A DNA stretch of 61,861 nucleotides, taken from NCBI GenBank assembly GCA_964455635.1, contig CAYVWX010000001.1, forward strand, positions 1-61,861, read 5' to 3'. Made by a program: the position numbers and the translations under genes. Shown in pieces: positions 30,637 through 40,460 of this stretch. The stretch comes from an uncultured Lentimicrobiaceae bacterium (GTDB lineage: Bacteria > Bacteroidota > Bacteroidia > Bacteroidales > F082). The notes beneath the pieces were generated by a model, which had not been told where the DNA came from, did not search any database, and saw nothing but the letters and a program-made list of their open reading frames with translations. Every line of letters begins with the position of its first letter. Position 1 is the stretch's first letter.

Positions 30637-32754
30637 TTAATATTCTCCCAGTTTTAATTCAATTACGTTACGGCCGTTGATTTTTGTGCCGGGTTTTATG
30701 CTTTGCGAAACAACTTTGCCACGTCCTTTTATTTGGGTTGAAAGTCCTTTGTTTTCCAGCAGGTAAATGGCATCGGCAGCGTTCATACCTCTTACATCGG
30801 GTATTGGTTTGTCAGAGCTGTTTACCGGAGAGAAAGCAATTTTATTTCCCTGTTTTTCTATTTCTATCCAGTTGCTTTTGTCGGGATAAGCAACGGTTCC
30901 AAACCCCAGTTCTTTCACCACAGTATGGGTAGTTTCAAAAAATGAGGGGGCGTTTAAAAACGGAATTTTTCTGGTGGCGGTATCAGACAGATATTTGTTT
31001 TCCAGCGATATGGAAGTTGCATAAATTTTGTCGGCAATTTCTTTAAACACAGGCCCCGAAACCAATGCTCCGTAATAGCCGTTTTCGGTGGGTTCGTTAA
31101 TAACCACTATAATTGAATAGCGGGGATTGTCGGCCGGAAAATAGCCCACAAAGGTTGCGTTGTAGCGGCGTTTACCGTGGTAACCTTTTCCTTCCGAAAT
31201 TTGAGCCGTGCCTGTCTTGCCTGCAATGGTGTACCATCTGTTTTTTAGCTTGTGACCGGTTCCGCGCAACACAACTCCCTCAAGCAGCGACTGTGCTTTT
31301 TTTATGGTGGAGGGCGATGCAATTTGTCTGTTGAGAATTTGCGGTTTAAACCGTTTAATGGTTTTTCCGTCCTGCTGGATGCCGGTTACCAAAATGGGCT
31401 TAACCATAACCCCGTTGTTGGCTACTGCATTGTAAAAGGTAATTAGTTGAAGCGGGGTGAGCATAACTTCATAGCCAATCGACATCCATGGAAGTGATGT
31501 TTTCCACCAGATTTTTTTGTCTTTTACAGGATGCTTGATGAACGGATGGGGTTCGCCTGAAATTTTAATGCCGGTACGCTTGTTTAGCCCCATGGCATAC
31601 AGCTGATCGACATATTGCGCCGGATTGTTTTTAAAAGCCTCGTAAGTAACTTTCGATATTCCCATGTTGGATGAGTGCTCAAAAGCATCACGAACAGTAA
31701 ACCTGCCATGATTGTACATGTGGGCATCGGTCAGGTGGCGGCGTGAATAGGTTACGTAAGGATGCTCGAAAAAGAGAGAATCGGTAAGTTTGATTTTATG
31801 TTTTTCCATTAATGCAATAATGGAAGCGAGCTTGAATGTGGAACCCGGCTCAATGCGTTTTCCCACGGCAAAATTGTAGTTTTCTTTGTAATAACCGTCT
31901 TTTTCGTCGTAGTTAAGATTGGCCATGGCTTTGATGTAGCCTGTTTGAACCTCCATTACCACTGCGGTACCCATTTTAGCTTTATGATACAGCATCTGTT
32001 TTAAAAGAGCATGTTCGGCAACATCCTGAATGTTAACGTCAAGGGTGGTTTTAATGTCTTTTCCGTTAACGGGTTCTATTTCATTTTCATCGTGGATGGG
32101 AATCCAGTCGCCGTGGTTGATGCGACGACGCAACTGCTTCCCGTCTTTACCCATTAAAACCGTATCGAACGACCCTTCCAGCCCTACTCTTTTCCGGTTG
32201 TCGTTAACAAAACCAATGGTGCGCCCGGCCAACTGGCCAAAAGGCCTTTCGCGGCGGGTACGCTGAATGGTGATAAGACCTCCTTTTATCTTACCTCTTC
32301 TTAAAAGCGGAAACTTTCTGATTTTTTGAAGCTCATCATAAGTAACTTTTCGTTTGATAAGCTGATATCTTTTTTTGTTTCTGCGGGCGTTGGTAAGGAG
32401 CCTTGTGTAGTAACTTTGCGATTTGTCGGGGAAAAGCCGGTGAAACATCAGGCTAAGCGAGTCGAGTTTGGCTTTAAAATCCTCATCGGTAATGTTGGGT
32501 GTTCCCACATCCATTCTGATGTCGAAAATAGGGATGGAAGTTGCCAGCAGAGCGGAGTTGTCAGACAAGATGTTTCCGCGACTGGATTCAAGAGTGAACG
32601 TACGAATTTCCTGTTTTTTAGCCTTGGCACTCAGCTCGGCTCCCTCCACGGTGTAAATCCTGACGGCCTTTATCATAATGGCTATGCCTGTAATAAAAAT
32701 AATTACATACAGGATAAGTTCACGTACTAATATGTCTTTTTTAGCTTCGCTCAT
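30637..32754 (-). CDS. ftsI: penicillin-binding protein 3-type transpeptidase (FtsI) with C-terminal PASTA domain
   Basis: 705 aa. N-terminal TM segment, STFK, SSN and KTGT active-site motifs, and a C-terminal PASTA-like segment (IPDVRGMNAADAIYLLENKGL). Confidence 0.9.
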   Translation of the reverse strand: MSEAKKDILVRELILYVIIFITGIAIMIKAVRIYTVEGAELSAKAKKQEIRTFTLESSRGNILSDNSALLATSIPIFDIRMDVGTPNITDEDFKAKLDSLSLMFHRLFPDKSQSYYTRLLTNARRNKKRYQLIKRKVTYDELQKIRKFPLLRRGKIKGGLITIQRTRRERPFGQLAGRTIGFVNDNRKRVGLEGSFDTVLMGKDGKQLRRRINHGDWIPIHDENEIEPVNGKDIKTTLDVNIQDVAEHALLKQMLYHKAKMGTAVVMEVQTGYIKAMANLNYDEKDGYYKENYNFAVGKRIEPGSTFKLASIIALMEKHKIKLTDSLFFEHPYVTYSRRHLTDAHMYNHGRFTVRDAFEHSSNMGISKVTYEAFKNNPAQYVDQLYAMGLNKRTGIKISGEPHPFIKHPVKDKKIWWKTSLPWMSIGYEVMLTPLQLITFYNAVANNGVMVKPILVTGIQQDGKTIKRFKPQILNRQIASPSTIKKAQSLLEGVVLRGTGHKLKNRWYTIAGKTGTAQISEGKGYHGKRRYNATFVGYFPADNPRYSIIVVINEPTENGYYGALVSGPVFKEIADKIYATSISLENKYLSDTATRKIPFLNAPSFFETTHTVVKELGFGTVAYPDKSNWIEIEKQGNKIAFSPVNSSDKPIPDVRGMNAADAIYLLENKGLSTQIKGRGKVVSQSIKPGTKINGRNVIELKLGEY

Positions 32755-33209
32755 TTTTTAATGGAATCCAGCTCTTTTTGACTGACTCTGATAACTTTTA
32801 GGGGTTGTGTATTTTCTTTAAATCCTCTTTTGTTCAAAATTTTTTCCACTTCGCTCTGTTTGCTCATGTTCATCAGTTTCGATTTTTTACTGATGTATTG
32901 ATAGCGTAACTCTTTAATGTCGTTTTGCTTGCGATTTATTTCGCGGGTTTGTTCTTCCGCACGGTAGTTGTTGGTGATGTACAAAAACGCCAGCAGGGTT
33001 AACCAGATGAGCAGTGGCAGCAATCCGGAAGTTTCTTTTCTTTCAAGGATGTCGCCCGAAATAATATCTTTGGGTGTTTCAACAACGGCTTTGGCTTTAT
33101 CCGGTATTTTAAACCCGAAAATTTTTCTGAGCTTTATAAACCGGGGTTTGTGTACGAGCTTTTTAGACTGCTTCGGTTCTTTTTTTAATATGTTTTTTTG
33201 CGCTGCCAT
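32751..33209 (-). CDS. ftsL: FtsL-like cell division protein
   Basis: 152 aa with a single TM segment followed by a coiled-coil-like region. Lies between rsmH and ftsI, with a 4-nt overlap with ftsI. Confidence 0.6.
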   Translation of the reverse strand: MAAQKNILKKEPKQSKKLVHKPRFIKLRKIFGFKIPDKAKAVVETPKDIISGDILERKETSGLLPLLIWLTLLAFLYITNNYRAEEQTREINRKQNDIKELRYQYISKKSKLMNMSKQSEVEKILNKRGFKENTQPLKVIRVSQKELDSIKK

Positions 33210-33212
33210 ACT

Positions 33213-34130
33213 CTATTTTTTTATTGCTGTTCTGAGTTTGGCACTGCGTGCACGACTGTTTTCTTCTATTTCGGTTTCGTTGGGGATAAGCGCCTTGCCG
33301 CTAACAGGTTTAAAAGGACTTATCACGTTTCCGTAGAAATCTTTTTCAATTTTCCCTTCAAAATTCCCGGCCCTCATAAAGTTTTTTACAAGTCTGTCTT
33401 CCAACGAGTGGTATGAAATTACTACCAGCCTGCCGCCGGGTTTTAACACTTCGGCCGACTGCCATAAGAGCTCTTTTAGCACATCAAGTTCTTGGTTTAC
33501 TTCTATGCGCAGTGCCTGAAAAACCATGGCCGAGAGTTTGTTTATTTTGCGTTGCGGAAGACACGGTTTGATAACCTCGATAAGTTGGCCGGTGGTGTGA
33601 ATGGGCTTTTCGGCTCTTGCCGCAACAATGGCTCTGCTGATGCAATAACTGCTTCGTAATTCGCCGTATTGCGTAAAAATATTTTGTAGTTCCTCAGCAG
33701 TGTACTTATTAACTACCGTTTCGGCTGTATTGCCTGTTAAAGGGTTCATCCGCATGTCGAGACGGGCATTAAAACGGGTTGAAAAGCCACGGTCGGGGAC
33801 ATCAAACTGATGCGATGAAACTCCAAGGTCGGCAAGAATACCATCTGCAGGAATGGCGTTGTGAAGCCGGAGGAAGTTTTTCAAAAATCTGAAATTATGA
33901 GGTATCAAAGTAAACCGGCTATCGTTGGGAACATTGTGCAAAGCATCCGGATCCTGGTCGAAACCGATAAGTCTGCCCCGCTCGTTAAGGTGTTCCAATA
34001 TGGCACGCGAATGGCCGCCACCGCCGAAGGTAACATCCACATATATCCCGTTGGGGTCAATGTTCAGCAATTCAATGCTCCTATGTAGCAATACAGGGTT
34101 ATGATACATCAATTTACAATTATTCGGCAT
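33213..34130 (-). CDS. rsmH: 16S rRNA (cytosine1402-N4)-methyltransferase RsmH
   Basis: 305 aa. YHNPVLL start block and SAM motif DVTFGGGGHS. The alternative ATG at 34109 (MYHNPVLL) would remove the 11-nt overlap with mraZ. Confidence 0.93.
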   Translation of the reverse strand: MPNNCKLMYHNPVLLHRSIELLNIDPNGIYVDVTFGGGGHSRAILEHLNERGRLIGFDQDPDALHNVPNDSRFTLIPHNFRFLKNFLRLHNAIPADGILADLGVSSHQFDVPDRGFSTRFNARLDMRMNPLTGNTAETVVNKYTAEELQNIFTQYGELRSSYCISRAIVAARAEKPIHTTGQLIEVIKPCLPQRKINKLSAMVFQALRIEVNQELDVLKELLWQSAEVLKPGGRLVVISYHSLEDRLVKNFMRAGNFEGKIEKDFYGNVISPFKPVSGKALIPNETEIEENSRARSAKLRTAIKK

Positions 34131-34578
34131 TAAGTTCGCCCATTACGTTTTCCGTGAGGTTGGCGAAATCATCCGGGTCATAGTCAACAGCTTTTTCATA
34201 AGCCACTTTGTCCCAAATTTCAAATTTTTTTGTAACTGATGTAATTACGATCTCTTTGGATATGCCGCCATATTTCAGAAGGTCTTTTGGTATCAGCAAC
34301 CTTCCCGTCCCATCCAGTTCGACCGGTTTTACACCAGCCATAAACTTTGTAACGAACTCGGCATTCTTCTTTTTGTACATATTTAATTTGGAAATCATGG
34401 CGCTTTCAATTTGCCAGTTTTCCATAGGGAACAACTCCAGACATTTTTTAAAAATGCTGCGCTTGATAACAAAACCCTTATGAACCTCCTCCTTCATTTG
34501 GCTCTTGAAAGGAGCAGGGAACATGAAACGGCCTTTGGCGTCAAGTTTTGCTTCGTATGTCCCTAATAATGTTTGCAT
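34120..34578 (-). CDS. mraZ: transcriptional regulator MraZ
   Basis: 152 aa with two SpoVT/AbrB-like halves carrying DAKGRFMFP and DGTGRLLIP motifs. Confidence 0.95.
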   Translation of the reverse strand: MQTLLGTYEAKLDAKGRFMFPAPFKSQMKEEVHKGFVIKRSIFKKCLELFPMENWQIESAMISKLNMYKKKNAEFVTKFMAGVKPVELDGTGRLLIPKDLLKYGGISKEIVITSVTKKFEIWDKVAYEKAVDYDPDDFANLTENVMGELNAE

Positions 34579-34614
34579 CGGGAATGTCGGTTTTATGGCG
34601 TAAAATTAGTTTAA

Positions 34615-34649
34615 ATTTACCACTTTTTAACATGATTTACCACTTTTTA
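34615..34649 (-). promoter_or_regulatory. candidate MraZ operator: two direct repeats TAAAAAGTGGTAAAT with 20-nt period
   Basis: Two identical 15-mers 37-71 nt upstream of the mraZ ATG, each containing a GTGG core. A TGGGG lies about 11 nt further upstream. Confidence 0.4.
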
Positions 34650-34978
34650 CCCCAATGTTGATAAAATGTTTCGTTTTAGGTAAAAAAAAGTTTTGTATCA
34701 TACACTCATTTATCTGGAAAACAGATTTGTAATAAAAAAATATTTTGCAAAAATCAAGATATTAACAACGAAAAGGTGAAGTATTTGTTAATAACTCTGA
34801 TATGGTTTTTTTGTGGTTGAGAGTCAGCAGATTGGATTTGCGAAACGGGTTTAGCCCCTTATTGGTCTTCAAAAAAGTGGGATTCGTATCTATTTTCCGG
34901 GGAGGTGGGGATGGCCGCATTTTTGAAAAGTTTTATTAACATCGGATAAAATGCCACTATTGTTTACTTTTGCCTTTG

Positions 34979-37468
34979 ATGGAACGAATTACTTTATTTG
35001 CTGATGTTTTATTGCCATTGCCTCTGGATGGATACTTCACCTATCGTGTTCCTTATAAGTGGAACGACTATTTGCAGGTGGGGCACCGGGTGGCCGTGCA
35101 GTTTGGCAGGAAAAAAATTTATGCCGGCATTGTGAGGGCCATCCATCAAAATCCTCCCAAAAAGGGGGTGGCAAAATATCTTCTTTCCATTTTAGATGAT
35201 AAGCCGTTGGTGAACGTCATGCAGTTACAATTTTGGGACTGGATGGCCGCTTATTATCTTGCTCACCCGGGAGATGTGCTTAATGCTGCCTTGCCTTCGG
35301 CTTTTCGTCTCGCCAGTGAGGGGAAGATTATGTTGTCTCCCGAATTTGTTTTCGACCGTGAAATTCTTTCCGATTTTGAATATCGTATTACCGAAGTCCT
35401 GGCGGAAAGCAAAGCAATGACCGTTTCCGAAGTCTCGTCTGTGGTAGGCTACAACAAGGTTTTGCCTTTGCTGAAATCGATGATTGATAAAAAAATTATC
35501 GTCATGGAGGAGGAGCTTAAAGAGCGTTACAAGCCTAAAACAGAAAAGTTTGTAAGGGTTGCTCCCGAAGTTTTTGACGAAGAAATTTTGCAGGGGTTGA
35601 TGGATGAGCTTTCAAAAAGAGCTTTTAAGCAACTTGAACTGTTGATGAAATATTTGTCGTTAACGGGCTTTAACAACTCCGAGCCGAAGTGGATACGGCA
35701 GTCCGATTTTTTAAAGCAAACCGAGGGTGGTGTATCCGCTTTGAAAGCCCTTGTTGATAAAGGTATTTTTCAGAGTGAGGTAAAGGAAGTAAGCCGGTTA
35801 AAAACGGGAAATCTTTCGGAAAAGACGGTTGAGGCAATGGTTTTCAGCAGCGCACAAAAAGAAGTGTACGAGAAAATTATTAATTCGTTTAATGATAAAA
35901 AGGTTGCCTTGTTGCACGGGGTAACTTCCAGTGGAAAAACCGAGCTTTACATTAAGTTAATATCCGAAACCGTGAAGCAGGGAAAACAGGCTTTGTATCT
36001 GTTGCCCGAAATTGCACTTACTACGCAAATAATAAGCAGGTTACAAAAATATTTTGGCGATAGTGTCGGGGTTTATCATTCGCAGTACAGCCTCAACGAA
36101 CGGGTGGAAATATGGAACAATGTGGCCGGAATTAACGGTACCGAAAATTGTTATAAGGTAATAGTGGGCCCGCGGTCGGCCATGTTTTTACCTTTTACAA
36201 AGCTGGGTTTGATAATTGTTGACGAGGAACACGACCAGTCGTTTAAACAGTACGACCCGGCCCCAAGGTACAACGCCCGCGATTCGGCTGTTTATTTGGG
36301 AAAGATGCACGGAGCCAATGTTTTGCTGGGTTCGGCAACGCCCGGTTTGGAAAGCTACGCCAATGCCTTAAAGGGTAAATATGCTCTTATTGAATTAAGT
36401 GAACGCTACGGCAAGGTTGAAATGCCTGAAATTATTGTGGTTAACATGCAGGATCAGGTGCGCCGTAAATTAATAAGGTCGCACTTTTCGTCTATTCTTA
36501 TTCATAACATAAAAGAAGCACTGGCCAATAAGCATCAGGTTATTTTGTTTCAAAACAGACGGGGCTTTTCGTTAAGGCTGGAGTGCGAGCAGTGCAGCTG
36601 GACTCCCGTTTGTAAAAACTGCGATGTTACCCTTACTTATCATAAACAGGTGGGGAAATTAAAATGTCATTACTGTGGATATGCCATACCGGTTCCCGGT
36701 CGGTGCGACGATTGTGGTAGTACGCATTTGAAGTTAAAAGGATTTGGTACCGAAAAGGTGGAAGAGGAGCTGGAGGTGTTGTTCCCCGATGCGCACATCG
36801 ACAGGATGGATTTGGATACTACCCGTTCGAAGCATGCTTTTAGACGAATTTTTGAAGATTTTGAAAGAGGAAAGACAGACATACTTACAGGAACACAGAT
36901 GGTTACCAAAGGCCTCGATTTTGATAATGTACATGTTGTAGGTGTTTTAAATGCCGATAACATGCTCAGCTATCCCGACTTCAGGGCTCATGAACGCAGT
37001 TTCCAACTTATGGCTCAGGTGAGTGGACGGGCAGGAAGAAAAAGTAAACAGGGTAAGGTAATTATTCAATCGTGGAAACCGTCTCATCCCGTTATTCAGG
37101 ATGTACTCCGAAATGATTATCGAAATATGTTTAACCGTGAAATGGCTGAGCGCGAAAAGTTTAATTATCCTCCCTATTACCGGTTGATCCGGATATTGTT
37201 AAAGCATGCCGACAGACTAAAGGTTGAAGAAGCCGCCGACACGCTGGCAAGAGAGCTGAGAGCAGTTTTTGGCAACAGGGTATTCGGGCCTGAGTATCCT
37301 ATGGTTTCTCGTATCAGAAATAGATATATCAATCAAATTTTACTTAAAAACCGGGCTGATCAGAACCAAAAGGTGTTTAAATTATATTTAAAACAGGTGC
37401 TCGATAAGTTTCGCGAATATACAAAGCACAGGCCGGTAATTGTTCAAATTGATGTGGACCCTCAGTAA
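34979..37468 (+). CDS. priA: primosomal replication-restart helicase PriA
   Basis: Walker A GVTSSGKTE, DEEH box IVDEEHD, and Cys-rich zinc module CEQCSWTPVCKNCDVTLTYHKQVGKLKCHYCG. I start at the ATG at 34979 (MERITLF) rather than the TTG at 34970. Confidence 0.95.
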   Translation: MERITLFADVLLPLPLDGYFTYRVPYKWNDYLQVGHRVAVQFGRKKIYAGIVRAIHQNPPKKGVAKYLLSILDDKPLVNVMQLQFWDWMAAYYLAHPGDVLNAALPSAFRLASEGKIMLSPEFVFDREILSDFEYRITEVLAESKAMTVSEVSSVVGYNKVLPLLKSMIDKKIIVMEEELKERYKPKTEKFVRVAPEVFDEEILQGLMDELSKRAFKQLELLMKYLSLTGFNNSEPKWIRQSDFLKQTEGGVSALKALVDKGIFQSEVKEVSRLKTGNLSEKTVEAMVFSSAQKEVYEKIINSFNDKKVALLHGVTSSGKTELYIKLISETVKQGKQALYLLPEIALTTQIISRLQKYFGDSVGVYHSQYSLNERVEIWNNVAGINGTENCYKVIVGPRSAMFLPFTKLGLIIVDEEHDQSFKQYDPAPRYNARDSAVYLGKMHGANVLLGSATPGLESYANALKGKYALIELSERYGKVEMPEIIVVNMQDQVRRKLIRSHFSSILIHNIKEALANKHQVILFQNRRGFSLRLECEQCSWTPVCKNCDVTLTYHKQVGKLKCHYCGYAIPVPGRCDDCGSTHLKLKGFGTEKVEEELEVLFPDAHIDRMDLDTTRSKHAFRRIFEDFERGKTDILTGTQMVTKGLDFDNVHVVGVLNADNMLSYPDFRAHERSFQLMAQVSGRAGRKSKQGKVIIQSWKPSHPVIQDVLRNDYRNMFNREMAEREKFNYPPYYRLIRILLKHADRLKVEEAADTLARELRAVFGNRVFGPEYPMVSRIRNRYINQILLKNRADQNQKVFKLYLKQVLDKFREYTKHRPVIVQIDVDPQ

Positions 37469-37501
37469 GGATAAAGTTGTTTTACAATAATTTTTTTGCA
37501 C

Positions 37502-37536
37502 AAAAAAAGCCATACAATGTTGTTGTATGGCTTTTT
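37502..37536. terminator. bidirectional rho-independent terminator between priA and tsf
   Basis: 10-bp stem AGCCATACAA/TTGTATGGCT with a 5-nt loop, flanked by an A-run and a T-run. Confidence 0.7.
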
Positions 37537-37555
37537 AAATGTTGTTTACCGGCCG

Positions 37556-38383
37556 TTAAACGGCAAGCGCAAGACGCTTAAATGCGGTAACGGTTAAGTC
37601 GGCATCTGCTGATTTTAAATAATCGGCAACACTTTGTTTGCTGTTTTTAATAAAGGCCTGTGCCAGCAGGGTATTTTCTTTATAGAATTTGTTTAGTTTA
37701 CCCATGGCGATTCTTTCGAGCATGGCTTCGGGTTTGCCTTCCTGGCGTGCCTGATCCATGCCAATATTAATTTCGTGCTGTTTTACTTCTTCCGGTACTT
37801 CGTCGGCGTTAACAGCTACAGGATCCATGGCTGCAATTTGCATCGCCACATCTTTACCGGCTTCAGCAAAGTCGCCTGCTTTGTTAAAAGCAACAACAGA
37901 AGCAATACGGTTGCCGTTGTGAACATAAAAATAAACACTTTCACCTTCAACAATCCGGTAGTCACCCAGCTGGATTTTTTCACCGATAACACCGGTTTTT
38001 TCGGTAATAGCTTCTGCTACGGTACGGCCTTCAAGTGTTAAGGCGTTAAGTTCGTCGGCATTTTTTGCTTTGTTGGCAACGGCTAAATCGAGTACAGACT
38101 GTACAAAGTCGATAAAGTCTTGATTTTTAGCAACAAAATCGGTTTCGCAGTTAATCATAACAGCAGCACCAAATTTGTGGTCATCACTGGTTTTAGCAAG
38201 CACAACGCCTTCGCCGGCTTCGCGGTCGGCACGTTTTGCAGCAACTTTCTGACCTTTTTTTCTAAGAATATCAATGGCAGCTTCCATGTTGCCTTCAGCT
38301 TCCTGAAGTGCTTTTTTGCAGTCCATCATTCCGGCTCCGGTAGCCTTTCTGAGCTCGTTTACTTCTTTGGCGGTTATTTTCAT
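37556..38383 (-). CDS. tsf: translation elongation factor Ts
   Basis: 275 aa. N-terminal UBA-like block ELRKATGAGMMDCKKAL. Confidence 0.97.
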   Translation of the reverse strand: MKITAKEVNELRKATGAGMMDCKKALQEAEGNMEAAIDILRKKGQKVAAKRADREAGEGVVLAKTSDDHKFGAAVMINCETDFVAKNQDFIDFVQSVLDLAVANKAKNADELNALTLEGRTVAEAITEKTGVIGEKIQLGDYRIVEGESVYFYVHNGNRIASVVAFNKAGDFAEAGKDVAMQIAAMDPVAVNADEVPEEVKQHEINIGMDQARQEGKPEAMLERIAMGKLNKFYKENTLLAQAFIKNSKQSVADYLKSADADLTVTAFKRLALAV

Positions 38384-38407
38384 CTCGCAATATTTTTTAC
38401 TAAATTA

Positions 38408-39244
38408 TTAATCTTGTTTTTTTGCAACGGTTTTCCTTGGTCTGGCTTTTCTTTCGGTTTTAGGAGCATCAGTTTCTTTTGTGGCTGTTTCTTCTTTTTT
38501 AGCAGCAGCTTTAGCTTCTTTTTCGTTGTTTTCGGCGGCTTTCTTTTCGCGAGCCATTTTACGTTCGGCCAATCCTTCTGCAATGGCTTGTGTGGCAGCG
38601 TTTACAATAAGAGAGATTGATTTGGAAGCATCGTCATTGGCAGGAATAGGGAAGTCGATAAGCGTGGGGTCGGAGTTGGTATCAACCAAGGCAAAAGTTG
38701 GAATATTTAATTTACGAGCTTCGGCAACGGCAATGTTTTCTTTGAGGATGTCAACAACAAACAGTGCGGCCGGAAGACGGCTCATATCGGAGATGCTGCC
38801 AAGGTTTTTTTCCAGTTTGGCTCTTTCACGGTCGATTTGTAACCGTTCGCGTTTTGAAAGGTTGTTCCACGAGTTGGTGGTTTTCATTTTATCAATAGCG
38901 GTCATTTTACGAACCGCTTTGCGGATGGTTGCAAAGTTGGTGAGCATGCCGCCGGGCCAACGCTCGGTAACGTAAGGCATGTTAACTTTTTTAACCGATT
39001 CGGCAACAATGTCTTTGGCCTGTTTTTTGGTGGCAACAAAAAGAACTTTGCGTCCTGATTTTGCTATTTGTTTTAATGCCTTTAAAGCATCGTCCAGTTT
39101 AGCCTGGGTTTTGTAAAGGTCGATAATGTGGATACCGTTACGCTCCATAAAAATGTAAGGAGCCATGTTAGGATTCCATTTACGTCTGAGGTGTCCAAAG
39201 TGTACACCTGCGTCTAACATTTCTTCGAAAGTGACTTTTGCCAT
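38408..39244 (-). CDS. rpsB: 30S ribosomal protein S2
   Basis: 278 aa. MLDAGVHFGH start block and a Lys/Ala/Glu-rich C-terminal extension. Confidence 0.97.
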   Translation of the reverse strand: MAKVTFEEMLDAGVHFGHLRRKWNPNMAPYIFMERNGIHIIDLYKTQAKLDDALKALKQIAKSGRKVLFVATKKQAKDIVAESVKKVNMPYVTERWPGGMLTNFATIRKAVRKMTAIDKMKTTNSWNNLSKRERLQIDRERAKLEKNLGSISDMSRLPAALFVVDILKENIAVAEARKLNIPTFALVDTNSDPTLIDFPIPANDDASKSISLIVNAATQAIAEGLAERKMAREKKAAENNEKEAKAAAKKEETATKETDAPKTERKARPRKTVAKKQD

Positions 39245-39275
39245 TTTTTAATTTTTTAATTTGTTTACATTCACT

Positions 39276-39324
39276 AAAAACAATTGCTGAATAGTTCTGT
39301 TTTTAAGGCAGAAGTTTCAGCAAT
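39276..39324 (-). terminator. extended hairpin plus T-run between rpsI and rpsB (terminator or attenuator)
   Basis: On the minus strand, ATTGCTGAA..TTCTG..CAGAA..TTCAGCAAT followed by TGTTTTT. Confidence 0.45.
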
Positions 39325-39360
39325 TTGGATACTAAACTCGTTCCGGTAATAAGGATAATT

Positions 39361-39747
39361 CTATCGTTTACTAAACTGGAATTGTTTACGTGCTTTTGGT
39401 TGTCCGGGTTTTTTACGTTCAACCATACGCGGGTCACGTTTAAGTAATCCGTTTTCTTTTAATACTCCACGATATTCGGGATCAATTTTGATAAGTGCTC
39501 TTGAAATAGCAAGACGAAGAGCTTCTGCCTGTCCTTTAATGCCGCCACCGGTAAGATTAACTTTTACATTATATTTTCCGGTGTTATCGGTAAGGAGAAA
39601 AGCCTGCTCAACAACATACTGTAAAGTGGCTGTTGTGAAATACTCTTTGTAGTCGCGTTTGTTAACAACAATTTTACCGTCACCTTCCGAGAGGTAAATT
39701 CTTGCAATAGCAGTTTTTCTTCTGCCCAGTGTGTTTACAACTTCCAT
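39361..39747 (-). CDS. rpsI: 30S ribosomal protein S9
   Basis: 128 aa, ending KARKQFQFSKR. Confidence 0.97.
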   Translation of the reverse strand: MEVVNTLGRRKTAIARIYLSEGDGKIVVNKRDYKEYFTTATLQYVVEQAFLLTDNTGKYNVKVNLTGGGIKGQAEALRLAISRALIKIDPEYRGVLKENGLLKRDPRMVERKKPGQPKARKQFQFSKR

Positions 39748-39755
39748 TTCTTAAC

Positions 39756-40211
39756 TTATCTAATTGATTTTAAATTTATTTTCTTTGGCTTTTGCGCTTC
39801 ATGCGGGTGTTCCGAGCCGGCAAAAACATGAAGATTTCTAAATAGTGCACTGCCCAGTTTGTTTTTAGGCAGCATACCTTTAATGGCTTTTTCAACCATG
39901 GCGGCAGGTTTTTTTGCCATCAACTCAGTAGCTGTTGCACTACGCTGACCTCCCGGATATCCGGTGTGTCTGATGTATTCCTTTTGATTCCATTTGTCAC
40001 CTGTAAGCCTTATTTTATCAGCATTGATAATAATTACGTTGTCGCCACAGTCAACATGAGGGGTGAAATTTGGTTTGTATTTTCCACGAAGGAATTTGGC
40101 TGCAACCGAAGAAAGTCTTCCTAAAATTTCATTCTCCGCATCGATCAATATCCACTCTTTATTGACCGTTTCTTTGTTTGCACTTACCGTTTTATAACTT
40201 AAAGTATTCAT
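39756..40211 (-). CDS. rplM: 50S ribosomal protein L13
   Basis: 151 aa with a [16 protein letters not shown] block. Confidence 0.97.
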   Translation of the reverse strand: MNTLSYKTVSANKETVNKEWILIDAENEILGRLSSVAAKFLRGKYKPNFTPHVDCGDNVIIINADKIRLTGDKWNQKEYIRHTGYPGGQRSATATELMAKKPAAMVEKAIKGMLPKNKLGSALFRNLHVFAGSEHPHEAQKPKKINLKSIR

Positions 40212-40263
40212 CTATCTAATTGTTTCTTAAGCGTTTTTGCTATATCCTCTTAAAATTGGGGTG

Positions 40264-40294
40264 CAAAGATAGAAACCTTTTTCTTATCTACAAA
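40264..40294 (-). promoter_or_regulatory. candidate Bacteroidota sigma-A promoter for rplM-rpsI
   Basis: On the minus strand, TTTG - 19 nt - TATCTTTG. This matches the published -33 TTTG / -7 TAnnTTTG consensus with the expected spacing, about 45 nt upstream of the rplM ATG. Confidence 0.45.
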
Positions 40295-40460
40295 AAAATC
40301 AACACTATTTTGTTGAAAAAATGTAACTTAAAGAGGCCGTTGTCTATAAAGGGCGTCAGGCTCTGTTTAAAACCGGAAAACAGTGGTTGCTTTTTTTTAA
40401 AAGATAACCTGATTTTATACCTTAATATGTAAACCCTGCTTTTATCAAGGTTAAACTTCG

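Noticed and set aside
18762-34578. Absence of murF and ddl from the dcw cluster as an anomaly
   Set aside because: The order mraZ-rsmH-ftsL-ftsI-murE-mraY-murD-ftsW-murG-murC-ftsQ-ftsA-ftsZ without murF or ddl is, as far as I recall, the normal Bacteroidota arrangement. Those genes are encoded elsewhere.
40220-40432. 70-aa + strand ORF in the rplM-adhesin spacer
   Set aside because: Its composition is AT-rich, Leu/Lys/Ile-biased and of intergenic type. It overlaps the predicted rplM promoter and 5' UTR and has no motif.
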